Positions 42,518 to 53,050 of a stretch of DNA of 64,000 nucleotides are shown in pieces (positions within the stretch are counted from its first letter, which is position 1; each line of letters begins with the position of its first letter). Origin of the DNA: a virus (lineage: Duplodnaviria > Caudoviricetes). The notes beneath the pieces were generated by a model, which was given only the letters and a program-made list of their open reading frames with translations, was not told the origin of the DNA and made no database searches. A program made the position numbers and the translations under genes. The DNA lies in IMG/VR virus record IMGVR_UViG_3300032303_002587, positions 1 through 64,000 of that record; one strand, given 5' to 3'.

Positions 42518-45172
42518 TTAATTGATTACAGCGATTATATAATTTGGAATAATTGGACTTATTCCATTAGATATTACAGGTATTTTTATACCAGTAACTA
42601 AATTATTAATTGTATTTCTCCCAGTTATATAAAGATTACCAGACATAGCATAATTATCATAAAAATTTCTTTTTTCTATTGATATATTTATTTTATTTAT
42701 ATTTGATGGTATATTAGATCCAGAAGTATATTTATTATTAGTTATATAATTATTATTTTTAAAATTAATATTTCCAGTAGGAATTAAATTACCAGAAGAA
42801 TCTGAATAACAATATCCAGTAATAATATTAAATGTACCAGTAAATGTTTTTTCATAAGCTATATCTGTTAAACCAGTTAATAATAAATTATAATTTCCAC
42901 TTGCTATTCCTGTTGCAATTATTGAACTTACATATCCTGTGTGAATGGACCCATTAATGCTTTGAGTAATATAGTCTTCATACGATAAAATACCATTTTC
43001 TACAAATCCAGAAACTTGACCAGTTATAGTGCTATAAGATATATCATCTAAAATCATTGAAACTTTTTTAACTTCTCGTGATGAAATTATATATCTATTT
43101 CCATTTTCATTAAATGAACAAAAATCATTCGACATGCTTTCGTTACTTTCAGTTCCACTAAATTTTAAAGTTTTTTCCCAATTATTACCATATCCAGTAT
43201 AAATCCAAGCTTTACCAGAGTTATTATTCATAACTGGACTTGTTAATAAGATTTTATTTCCTATTGAATTTATTGCAAGCGCTCCACCGACTCCTTCTCC
43301 TCCAACAAATGTATTTGCTAAATTCCAATCTTGACCATTTCCTGTAAATAAATAAGCATGACCCAGACTACCAGCGCCATAAGAACAATTTGCAATTATA
43401 GAATTTCCATCTCCATTTATACCAATTCTTATAGGAAATATTTTATTACTTCCAATTGGATAAATTTTTTTACATAAATCCCAATTATTTCCATTACCCG
43501 TGAATATATATGCTAGTCCAGAACTATAAAAATTTTCACCAATTACAATTACATTACCAGAATCATTTATAGCTATACTTTGACCAAAATAACCATTTGT
43601 ATAACTCCCAGTTAATTTTTGCTTTAATGTATAATTTAAATTATTTCCAGTGAATATCCAAACCGCACCTTTACCGTTATTATCACCTGCCCCACCAACT
43701 AAAGCTATATTTCCAGATTTATTTAAAGCAACGCTCGTACCAAAGTATGAATTATTTGCTCCAGTTAATTTTTGGTAATTCCAATTATTTCCAAATCCAG
43801 TATAAATATACGCTGCACCACTACCATTATCATCACTTCCAGCACCAATTATCATTTTATTACCAATATCATTTAATGATAGTGATCTGCCAAAATTACT
43901 ATTATTATCAAAACGAGATATTAATCCGACTTGATTCCAAGTGTTATTACGTCCACTAAAAATATAAACAACATTTTGCTGAAATACGCTTCCACCAATA
44001 GCAGCAATATTACCTTCGCTATTTAATTTAGGAGAATTACCAAAACCAAAATTACTGCCTCTTAGCGTGTCTAGAGAATATCCTTCTCCAGAACCAAGGG
44101 TTGTAGCTTGATTAGTTAAAAAACCATTCAAATAAGTAAATTTATTTACATCAGAGTATATTTTTCCAGTTACAATACTATTATTCAATAAATTTATACC
44201 ACTTCCTGTTGCTAAAAATGATTTAGATAGATATCCAGATCCATTTATAAAACCACTTAATGTAGCATTAATTCCAGTACTTATACTTATCTCTTGTGAA
44301 AGTGTTCCTGTATATCCAGAAGCATATTCAAAAATAAATGATAAATTTTTATCTATAGAATATGATCCAGTTTCATTTCCTAAACCAAAATCAACTCCTA
44401 AAACATAAGATTCTGTATTTACTTGGGCAGGTTCAATATAAAATGTTTCTGAAATTTTATTTATATCAAAATAATTTACATAACCAGTTGTAAGATATTG
44501 GCTATTTAATTTAAATGTCCCAGATATTTTACCAAAATTAGTATATAATCCAAAAATAAAATCACCAGTTTTATCTAAGTATAATTGTTTTGTTGTATCA
44601 AAATCTGGAGTTACTATAATATTATATTTTTGACCAGAGATATTTTGATTAAAAGAAGGAATTGCATTTATACTAAAGTTAGAATTAGCTGGAGAGATTA
44701 TATCGCCGCTATAAATTTTAAAATTTAAATTTTGATTTCCGCTTATAAATCCAGTAATATTTCCTCTTACATAATAAAAATTATTAAAATCTAATTTATA
44801 ATTTGGTCTATCCCCATTTATATAAAGCTCTGTTGTCCCTATGCATCCAGATGTATTAAAATAGAATCTATCAAATTTTGTATAACTTTTTGAACTTATA
44901 TTAGATAAATAATAATTATTAATATAATAGTCATATCCACTAAGATTTATATTTCCAGATAATTTTATATTTTCATTTGTATTATAAGTATAGATTAATT
45001 TGTTTTCTGGATCAAATATTTTACCATTTGTAAATTTAAAATTAATATTTTGATTAATGCCAGTAAAACCTAGATTACATAATCCATTAATATTATCTAA
45101 AGAGACATCAATAAGAAAAGAAATTCCAGTTTGCTCACTAATTGATAAAATATTATTTCCAGAAAGGTTCAT
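42518..45172 (-). CDS. Tail/baseplate-associated protein with an inserted FG-GAP-type beta-propeller
   Basis: Repeats such as FGRSLSLN..G..MIIGA..GAAYIYTG in the centre, with [S/T]G-rich flanks. Confidence 0.7.
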   Translation of the reverse strand: MNLSGNNILSISEQTGISFLIDVSLDNINGLCNLGFTGINQNINFKFTNGKIFDPENKLIYTYNTNENIKLSGNINLSGYDYYINNYYLSNISSKSYTKFDRFYFNTSGCIGTTELYINGDRPNYKLDFNNFYYVRGNITGFISGNQNLNFKIYSGDIISPANSNFSINAIPSFNQNISGQKYNIIVTPDFDTTKQLYLDKTGDFIFGLYTNFGKISGTFKLNSQYLTTGYVNYFDINKISETFYIEPAQVNTESYVLGVDFGLGNETGSYSIDKNLSFIFEYASGYTGTLSQEISISTGINATLSGFINGSGYLSKSFLATGSGINLLNNSIVTGKIYSDVNKFTYLNGFLTNQATTLGSGEGYSLDTLRGSNFGFGNSPKLNSEGNIAAIGGSVFQQNVVYIFSGRNNTWNQVGLISRFDNNSNFGRSLSLNDIGNKMIIGAGSDDNGSGAAYIYTGFGNNWNYQKLTGANNSYFGTSVALNKSGNIALVGGAGDNNGKGAVWIFTGNNLNYTLKQKLTGSYTNGYFGQSIAINDSGNVIVIGENFYSSGLAYIFTGNGNNWDLCKKIYPIGSNKIFPIRIGINGDGNSIIANCSYGAGSLGHAYLFTGNGQDWNLANTFVGGEGVGGALAINSIGNKILLTSPVMNNNSGKAWIYTGYGNNWEKTLKFSGTESNESMSNDFCSFNENGNRYIISSREVKKVSMILDDISYSTITGQVSGFVENGILSYEDYITQSINGSIHTGYVSSIIATGIASGNYNLLLTGLTDIAYEKTFTGTFNIITGYCYSDSSGNLIPTGNINFKNNNYITNNKYTSGSNIPSNINKINISIEKRNFYDNYAMSGNLYITGRNTINNLVTGIKIPVISNGISPIIPNYIIAVIN

Positions 45173-45174
45173 AA

Positions 45175-47400
45175 TTAATTTCTTATACTTACTTTATTTG
45201 GTCTTATTCTTTGCATGACTAGTTCTTGACTAGGAAGTTCTGGGGCTCTGCTTCTATAACTTAAATCTGCAAATGATCCATTTTCATCAATATACATTGA
45301 TAAAGAACTTAAGCCTTCATTTGGCGTTAATGGAAACTTATTTATATTTTGAATACCAATTACTTTTATACTTATTGTTTTTTCTGGATCAGTAACTGTT
45401 TGATTTATTGGGAAATACTCTGTTCCTCCAGAATTATCTTGAGTACTTAAATTAGCTTTCATTGGTATTATTGAATCATTTCCAATCATACCGCCATTAA
45501 AATTATATTTACTTGTAAATGGTATACTAATTTCTGTATCTTTTGTTTCTATTCCATAGAATAATTCTCTTACTGGCAATTTTATTTTAACGCTACTTCG
45601 CTCGTAAGTTATAGTTATAGATTCCGAATCAGAAGATCTATGTCCAATATTCTTGACAATAGTTGCCCCGCCTCCACAACCAACTTGCGCTTTACAAATT
45701 TCTTCTTCTGCTGACGCGCTGCAGGGTCCTGCGCATGGATCTTGACTTGAATCTTCTGAAGTATTTCTATTTATATAATAGCCATCGGAAATCATTGGCT
45801 CGCAATTATTATTAGAATCAGTAAGCGCACTAAATTCTGCTGATATAGGTATAGAATTAGAGCTAGGAACTAAAGCCAAAAGAAGCCTTCCTTGAGCATA
45901 AAGCGCTTCGATTTGCTGTCCAGCCGATATACTTAAAGCATTCAAAAGCGACAATCTTACTTGTCCAGCGTAATCCATATATACTGGAAAATATTTTTCT
46001 AAATCACCATAAAAAAATAATTCTTCTATTTTTGGACAATAAGTTGGTTCTTTTTCAATGTAATATACACCCTTTGAATAAACGTTAAGATCTGGCATAT
46101 AAGTTGAAGTAACTTTTAATTTTGATCCATCTTTATAACATGCATCAATATTTACTGGATTTGGATCTCTGCTATAAAAATATCTTCCATAACTATTAAA
46201 AATTGCTTCTTCTTGACCTTGCCAATAAGTTTCTAATTTTGGATCTTCTATAAAAAAATTAAATTTAGCATTCATACCACCAAATTTTTTATAAAAATCT
46301 ACATAAGTTTTAACATCAAATCCTTCTTCAAAAACAGTTTGCGGATCTATTGAAACATCAAAGTTAATTAACCCTATTCTTTCCCATAATCCTTTTTTCA
46401 TAAAATAAAGTTTTCTAGCATTGGCATCAATTTTCCCTAAAATTGCACCAATAAATGATTGTTTTTCTGATCCACTAAGATTTGGCGGTAATTCAGAACC
46501 TAATGTTGAAGTAAAATATAAAGGATTAGAAAAACTATAATTTGAAGTTGTAAGTCCTCCTGGGGTAAAAGAAAAACCTGCTGAAGAAGTTTCATAGGTA
46601 TTTTCTATTGTTTTTGATTCTGAATATGAAGCTAGATAAGGATTATTTTTTGATATTGTTGGTACCTGAATACCTTTTTGTAAATCATAAATTATTAAAG
46701 TATTAGTGGTCCAGTCAAAATAAAAATCTGCCGCAATATCTCTACAAATATTTGACAAAACTTCTCTTGCTGTTCCAGTATAATTTACTTCATAACCTAG
46801 ATAGTCAGATTGGAAATTAATTTGAAATCCAGATCTTTGCCCTAATGCGGCTATAAAATTTCCAACAGAATACATAACTTCAGGAATATCGCAACCATTA
46901 CTTGAAGGCCGTTCTCCTCCCATGCATAACAAATTATTAGTGATAGCATACCCACCAATTAATCCCTTTCTCGTTACAGACCCTGGGATCTCATTTACTT
47001 CCCCATTACATGGGCACTTTGCTACTATTTGTATAGATCTTTCCATTTGACTTGTATCACCAAAAATGTCTGGAGAGCAATGCCTTCTTACCAATCCTAC
47101 AAATAGTTTATCTAATAAATAAGATTTATTGGTAAAACTAAAATTACAAACATTTTGACCTGGAGAAAGATTCTTTTCGGAACTAATTAAATAACATTCA
47201 TTAAAAGATGTATTTCCTATTTTAATTGAAGCAAACCTAGATCCAAGTTCCATTTCTTCACCATCAACTACGCTTAAGGTAACTTTATCTAAATTTTGAG
47301 AATATCCAATATCAAATTTTATATTGAATATATCTCCACCAGCAAATTTTCCTGGAGGATTATTACCAACCGTTACCTGTTCTATCTTTTGCCTAGGCAT
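45175..47400 (-). CDS. Putative tail-tip / baseplate hub-like protein
   Basis: YTGTAREVLSNICRDIAADFYFDW resembles the hub helix-strand motif. It lies downstream of the tape measure. Confidence 0.5.
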   Translation of the reverse strand: MPRQKIEQVTVGNNPPGKFAGGDIFNIKFDIGYSQNLDKVTLSVVDGEEMELGSRFASIKIGNTSFNECYLISSEKNLSPGQNVCNFSFTNKSYLLDKLFVGLVRRHCSPDIFGDTSQMERSIQIVAKCPCNGEVNEIPGSVTRKGLIGGYAITNNLLCMGGERPSSNGCDIPEVMYSVGNFIAALGQRSGFQINFQSDYLGYEVNYTGTAREVLSNICRDIAADFYFDWTTNTLIIYDLQKGIQVPTISKNNPYLASYSESKTIENTYETSSAGFSFTPGGLTTSNYSFSNPLYFTSTLGSELPPNLSGSEKQSFIGAILGKIDANARKLYFMKKGLWERIGLINFDVSIDPQTVFEEGFDVKTYVDFYKKFGGMNAKFNFFIEDPKLETYWQGQEEAIFNSYGRYFYSRDPNPVNIDACYKDGSKLKVTSTYMPDLNVYSKGVYYIEKEPTYCPKIEELFFYGDLEKYFPVYMDYAGQVRLSLLNALSISAGQQIEALYAQGRLLLALVPSSNSIPISAEFSALTDSNNNCEPMISDGYYINRNTSEDSSQDPCAGPCSASAEEEICKAQVGCGGGATIVKNIGHRSSDSESITITYERSSVKIKLPVRELFYGIETKDTEISIPFTSKYNFNGGMIGNDSIIPMKANLSTQDNSGGTEYFPINQTVTDPEKTISIKVIGIQNINKFPLTPNEGLSSLSMYIDENGSFADLSYRSRAPELPSQELVMQRIRPNKVSIRN

Positions 47401-47427
47401 AAACCTTATTCCTTGATTAATTTACAC
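47401..47427 (-). promoter_or_regulatory. GTGTAA motif plus a double-AAGG leader
   Basis: Minus strand reads GTGTAA-ATTAATC-AAGG-AAT-AAGG-TTT-ATG. Confidence 0.55.
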
Positions 47428-47432
47428 TAAAA

Positions 47433-49526
47433 TTAGATAGCATTAAATCTATAAGATTCAGATGCATAAATCGGTTGCTCTTTGGGAGATTTTTGTTGAT
47501 AATCCTGTATAACATCATTATTGCAAGATAATAATATATAATCATCAAATTCTTTTTGTAGTACACCATTTAGCCATATCATATCTGATCCATAATTTGG
47601 TTTTAGATCAAAGAACCCAGTATTTGAACCAGTTATATATTTTAGAGCATTATCTTCTAATATATAAATTTCGCCAGTTGTTAATAATGTGCTATTATTT
47701 AATCGAATATAAGCAGCAATACTTAAGTTATCTCCAAAATAATTTAAATTATCTCCATTATATAATAAATCTCCAAAATTATACTCATAAAAATATTGAT
47801 AATTGTAATTATTTATTAATTTTTGGCCATTTAAAAATAAATTTAATTCTCTAGATGGAATAGTAATTCTCGATAATTGATTTTGTCCAGTATAATCAAA
47901 CTTGTATTCAAAACTATTAGATGGAAATTGTTTATAAAATACATTATCTTTATAATCTCCTTTATAAGGATCAACTATTAACTTTTTAATATCATTAATT
48001 TGATAATATCCAGACATTATATCTACGCCATTAAAAAACACAAGATTTTTATTATCATTTAAATTAGTTTCAGAAGTATAAATATCTCCGCCTAAGCTAT
48101 AACTTGTGCTTCTTAAATTATTAAAGAGTTCGTAACTTTGGACTTCTATAAAATCTTTATTATCTATAGGTTTATAAAGTACAAGATAATTTTTGGCAAA
48201 AATATTTGCGTTACCAGAGTTATAATCTTGTATAGTTATTCCACTTTCGGTATAAGACGTTGAAGCGGATTGAACTAATTGATATTGAATAACTTCTCCA
48301 GTTAAAAGACCAGTTACTCCAGATTTAAGATAAAAAATACAATCACTTGTACAATTTGTTACTTGCTCTGTTTCTACTAATTCATATCCAGTTATTCCTG
48401 TGCCAATGTATCCAGTAGTCAAATATCCACTAGATAAAAGATTATAATTTGTTTCGATTATAGTTTGAGACCCAGTATGTTCTCCAGTTTTAATAAAAAG
48501 TTTAGATAAAGAAAGCTCTGTTTCTTGATCCAAAAATCCAGTAAACAATAAAACATCGCTCAATAAGCCCCTGTAACCAGTATAGTAATTTTCATTATAA
48601 CCAGTAAAATTATTACCAATATATACTTCTTTTTCTTGATTTAAAAAATTATAGGTTGTATTTATTGACTCACAAAAATTTCTATTTGTCAAAAAGTCAT
48701 GATAACAAACTGAGAGATTGTGTTTAGAGCCATTTAAAGATATAATGTTTTGATTAGCTAATTCCCCTGTACAAATTTTATTAGATATAATAGATTTACC
48801 GCTATATGATCCAGAGAACTCAAACATAAGTTTATAATTATTAGTAATTGCAACTTTTAAATCAAATGGATAATTTGAATTATTTTTTGATCTTAGATTT
48901 ATTAATGATTGAGCTTTGCCAAATAAAAATTGAGATGAAACGCTTGCAGTTTTACCCAAAAATTGTTTTGGTAATTTATTTGCCATTCCTTCTGTTATTA
49001 ATTGATAATTAGACCCATTAAAATAAGACCAATCACCATAATCTCCAAATGTACCGCTATTATCAAATACTACAAATTTACCTAATCTTTGAAATTTAAC
49101 TCCAGAAGTATAAGAAGTTCTTCCGTAAAATTCATTATCTAAAGTAATTCCAACTGGACTACTTAAATTTTCAAGATCAACATCTATATAGTCTGGATTA
49201 CATCCATAACTTTTTATATTTAATATTAAGTTAAAATTTTCAAAAGGTAGATCTTTAGATACTTTTAATCTATCGTTTCCTTCAAAATAAGCCATTCCAG
49301 TAGGTCTATAATTCTTATCATAACAATTTGTTAAATATCCAGGAAAGTAATCTTGAAGAATATATTTATTTCCATTAATTTCGCCATATTGGTCTTCTCC
49401 AGAATTTATTAAATTTTTAACAAAAAACCCAGAAGTACTATCTTGTTCAAAATTATAAAATATACAATTTATATCAGTATTAATATAATTATCATTTAAA
49501 AATTTATTTAAATATTGTAATTGCAT
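47433..49526 (-). CDS. Tail structural protein (LamG-like segment possible)
   Basis: 697 aa; VYIGN...GYRGLLSDVLLF; repeated (L/V)F(F/L)NG motifs; [S/T]G-rich. Confidence 0.55.
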   Translation of the reverse strand: MQLQYLNKFLNDNYINTDINCIFYNFEQDSTSGFFVKNLINSGEDQYGEINGNKYILQDYFPGYLTNCYDKNYRPTGMAYFEGNDRLKVSKDLPFENFNLILNIKSYGCNPDYIDVDLENLSSPVGITLDNEFYGRTSYTSGVKFQRLGKFVVFDNSGTFGDYGDWSYFNGSNYQLITEGMANKLPKQFLGKTASVSSQFLFGKAQSLINLRSKNNSNYPFDLKVAITNNYKLMFEFSGSYSGKSIISNKICTGELANQNIISLNGSKHNLSVCYHDFLTNRNFCESINTTYNFLNQEKEVYIGNNFTGYNENYYTGYRGLLSDVLLFTGFLDQETELSLSKLFIKTGEHTGSQTIIETNYNLLSSGYLTTGYIGTGITGYELVETEQVTNCTSDCIFYLKSGVTGLLTGEVIQYQLVQSASTSYTESGITIQDYNSGNANIFAKNYLVLYKPIDNKDFIEVQSYELFNNLRSTSYSLGGDIYTSETNLNDNKNLVFFNGVDIMSGYYQINDIKKLIVDPYKGDYKDNVFYKQFPSNSFEYKFDYTGQNQLSRITIPSRELNLFLNGQKLINNYNYQYFYEYNFGDLLYNGDNLNYFGDNLSIAAYIRLNNSTLLTTGEIYILEDNALKYITGSNTGFFDLKPNYGSDMIWLNGVLQKEFDDYILLSCNNDVIQDYQQKSPKEQPIYASESYRFNAI

Positions 49527-49529
49527 AAA

Positions 49530-51395
49530 TTATATTACATCCTTTGGAAATGCAGCAGAGCTGTTTTTAGAAATTACTTCTATGCTTGTTTTTATATTTC
49601 TAATTCTACCATTTTTTTCTTTTTGATAATCAAATTTTTTATTTTTAATTTCACCTTCTTGTGGATTTAGCAGTTCATTTCCAATACTTTCTGGCGTTAC
49701 ATTAGTTCCTTGTTTCGTTTTTACATTTATGTCGTAACTAGATCTTAAAGGAGTATATATATCAAAATCTTGGAATATATAATTATTTCTTTGTAAAGTA
49801 GCATTTTGACTAAAGTACCATACAGGCAGTTGTTTATTTACTGAATAGTCTGCTTCTGCTGCATTATATGGAGTTTCTTTATCATCAAAAGTAGCAGATA
49901 AACTAATTTTTCCTAAAGATTTATTATCTTTTGTATCTAATTTTAATCTTCTAAGAGGATATGAAAAATTATAACCATTAAACTCAATAAAACTATTATA
50001 TAAATAGGTAGCAATATCACTTAATGCGTTAACCGCACTTGAATAAGTTGATTGAGCAGTTGCATATCTACTAACCAAAGATCCTCCTCTTACAATTATA
50101 TCTGCGTTTATATTTATACTAATAATTTGAGATATTTCATCTCTTGAAATATTAGATGTATAAGATATATAAGGATTAGGCAAGTTCAAATTATCATATT
50201 CAAATTGAAAATCAATACTATGAGATCCAGAATTTTCATTTATAGAATTAGATAATGGAATTGGATTTATATATCCATTATAAAATGAATCCATATTTCC
50301 ACTTAATTTTGAAAGCAGACTTGGCTTTATATCAGAGTTGAAACGAGACTTTAATTCGTCAAAATCTCCATTTATTGCAGAATCTGAATATTGACCTTTT
50401 ATTGAAAAATTTACAACATCTTGTTCCGCACCAGAATTATATTCTGTTGTATATCTTAATATACCATAGTTGGCATGATCTCTATGCAAATCTTTAGTAT
50501 AAATTTCCTGAATAGAATAGGTGCTATCAATTCTATTAATAGATTCTTTTTGTTCTAATAATATAAAATTACCACTATTTATTTTAATATCAAAATTTGG
50601 ATCCCAATTTTTAGTAGGAATATTATTTGGATCAACACTAGGATTTGTTGCAAGGTCGGTAAGACCACCATCATAAAAATGCCAATTATCGCTAGCAAAA
50701 TTACTAGGAGCTTCAATTACAAATTCATCATTAATTCCATGCTGCCAAACAGTTCGATCTCCAAATTTTACTTTATGATAAATTCCATTCCAATCTGCTT
50801 CTGCAGCATTTAAAATTGTTATTGATTCTGGAGTACCAATATTATCTTCGATATAAAGATTAGGTATTCCGTTTAATCCAGTAAATTGATTAACAAAACT
50901 TATAGCATTATCTAAAGAGTTTGAATAATTAGTTGATGATGTATTAATTCCTTGAGCAGAAACATTGTGATTTAAAGTTAATGTGTTATTTTGTTTATTT
51001 ATTGTGAATTGATTAACTGGATTTTGTACATTATAATTAAAATCTTTAGCAACTAAATCTACTTCATATTTTAAAATACCATTATAAACTCCTTCGCTAA
51101 AGTTTATAGAATTAACTATAACTCCACTTTTTTGATAAATTTTACTTAAATTAATAAAATCATTTCCTGTAACTTCATATATTTCAAAAGCCTTAAAATT
51201 TTGATTAAATTTATTTATAAGTCCCTGTTGATATCCAGTAAGATCGGAATATTTTCCAGTAAGTTGACCAATTAGTTTAATTTTATCTACATTACCTAAT
51301 TTTTGACCATTAAAAACATGACTTCTTTCTAGAGTCACAAATGGAGTTGGTGAACCTATTTCTATGTCATTATATTTTATTATATTAACACTCAT
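49530..51395 (-). CDS. Tail-tip/baseplate structural protein
   Basis: 621-aa beta-rich ORF, second gene after the tape measure; distantly resembles 51392..53047. Confidence 0.55.
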   Translation of the reverse strand: MSVNIIKYNDIEIGSPTPFVTLERSHVFNGQKLGNVDKIKLIGQLTGKYSDLTGYQQGLINKFNQNFKAFEIYEVTGNDFINLSKIYQKSGVIVNSINFSEGVYNGILKYEVDLVAKDFNYNVQNPVNQFTINKQNNTLTLNHNVSAQGINTSSTNYSNSLDNAISFVNQFTGLNGIPNLYIEDNIGTPESITILNAAEADWNGIYHKVKFGDRTVWQHGINDEFVIEAPSNFASDNWHFYDGGLTDLATNPSVDPNNIPTKNWDPNFDIKINSGNFILLEQKESINRIDSTYSIQEIYTKDLHRDHANYGILRYTTEYNSGAEQDVVNFSIKGQYSDSAINGDFDELKSRFNSDIKPSLLSKLSGNMDSFYNGYINPIPLSNSINENSGSHSIDFQFEYDNLNLPNPYISYTSNISRDEISQIISININADIIVRGGSLVSRYATAQSTYSSAVNALSDIATYLYNSFIEFNGYNFSYPLRRLKLDTKDNKSLGKISLSATFDDKETPYNAAEADYSVNKQLPVWYFSQNATLQRNNYIFQDFDIYTPLRSSYDINVKTKQGTNVTPESIGNELLNPQEGEIKNKKFDYQKEKNGRIRNIKTSIEVISKNSSAAFPKDVI

Positions 51396-53047
51396 TTTGG
51401 TTTTACCGAAAGTATATTTAAATCTAATCCAAAATTTAAATTAGAATCATAAGTCAAAGAAGCCGTATTTATAATATGATCTTGGCCTATATTTTTTACA
51501 TTTTGTAAGATTTGATTTTTTAATTCTGGTAAATAATTTTCAATGAAACCACTTTGCCAAATTAATGCACTACCAGTGGGTCTCATTAAAATTCCTTTAA
51601 TAGAAGTATTATTATTCGATAATTGAACTTGCTCTACGTTTAAACCTCTACTAAAAAGAAAATTTTTATCATCTTTATTAGGTATAATATATTCTTTGGT
51701 CATTAAAGATAAATCATCATATTGATTTTCTGCTTCAAATCTTTTTACATAATCTCCTAAACCAGAGCCAGTTATTAAAAATCCATCATTTGTTTTTTTA
51801 ATACTATACGAAAAGCCTTTTCCATAAGTAACATTATTAATATTTCCAGCATAAATTAAATTAAAATCATTAGAAGTATTCATTAATTTATAATTAGAAT
51901 AACTGTTTAAAGCTTCTTGATATATACTTTTAAATTTTAAAAAACTATCTGAAACTTTAGATATTTGGCCTATAGTAGCATTACTTAATTTTACTGTGCC
52001 ATTTCTATTATAATAATTAATATTGTCATTTCCTTCCTCTAAAGTGATCTCATACATATGAATTAAACCGCTATAAAAATTAATATTATCTGTGTAAGAA
52101 ACATTATAACTTAAACTATTTGTATACTTATCAAAAGTAGTGCCAAGTGTAAATGGCTCATTGTTAACTGAAGAAGAATAATAATTTGATGCAAGAGCAT
52201 TACATCTATCAAATGAACCAGAAATTTCTGTATTTAAATATTTTTTAGCTGTATATTCATCTGTATTTTCTAAACCTAAAATTTTTCCATTTTCAGTTAC
52301 AGTAAGAACGCCTTCTGCATTTCTTGAAGAGGTATTAGTTAACTCTAGTGAATAATCTGTTTTATAATTTTCATCAATTTGTATATTTTTTTGAAACGAT
52401 GCAGATTTATTGATTAGATCATAATTTTCTTGTATAACATTTTGTCTAAACATTAAGTTATTATAAAATCCAAAAAATTTTCCAAATAAGCCTAAATAAA
52501 CTCCAGAATCATTAAATATAGTATTAGCTAAATTTTTAGATTTTAAGATTATATCTGATTCATCATTATAAAATTGGATATCAAGATTGTGATCATACGA
52601 ATACTTTCCATTTTGAAGATGATTAAAATTTAAAGCTTCTGAAATATTTAATAGCTTATTATCAATTAAATTTAATCCAGTGCCATATTTATTATCAATT
52701 GGTAATGTATTAAAATTTCCAGTTTCTACAATTTCTATACTATAAATATAATCTTCAACAAAAATAGGATTTTCTTTAGGAAAAGAAATATTAACTATTC
52801 TGCCATATCCTAAATGGTAATTATTTACTATAATTTCTTCGTATTGACCAGTGTTATTATTTAATATATTTAAAATACCACTATAAGTCTCTTTGACTCC
52901 TTGAGCGTCTGAGTTTGTGTACCTGTTATAAAGAATTCCATTTAATTTTAAATTTTTGTTAGTGCTTATTAATAAATTTTCTCCACGAGAATAATTTTTA
53001 TTTAAATCGTAAGTTAATAAAGTCGCGTTTTCAAATATATAGCTCAT
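51392..53047 (-). CDS. Tail-tip/distal tail structural protein
   Basis: 551-aa ORF immediately downstream of the tape measure. Confidence 0.55.
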   Translation of the reverse strand: MSYIFENATLLTYDLNKNYSRGENLLISTNKNLKLNGILYNRYTNSDAQGVKETYSGILNILNNNTGQYEEIIVNNYHLGYGRIVNISFPKENPIFVEDYIYSIEIVETGNFNTLPIDNKYGTGLNLIDNKLLNISEALNFNHLQNGKYSYDHNLDIQFYNDESDIILKSKNLANTIFNDSGVYLGLFGKFFGFYNNLMFRQNVIQENYDLINKSASFQKNIQIDENYKTDYSLELTNTSSRNAEGVLTVTENGKILGLENTDEYTAKKYLNTEISGSFDRCNALASNYYSSSVNNEPFTLGTTFDKYTNSLSYNVSYTDNINFYSGLIHMYEITLEEGNDNINYYNRNGTVKLSNATIGQISKVSDSFLKFKSIYQEALNSYSNYKLMNTSNDFNLIYAGNINNVTYGKGFSYSIKKTNDGFLITGSGLGDYVKRFEAENQYDDLSLMTKEYIIPNKDDKNFLFSRGLNVEQVQLSNNNTSIKGILMRPTGSALIWQSGFIENYLPELKNQILQNVKNIGQDHIINTASLTYDSNLNFGLDLNILSVKPK

Positions 53048-53050
53048 ATG

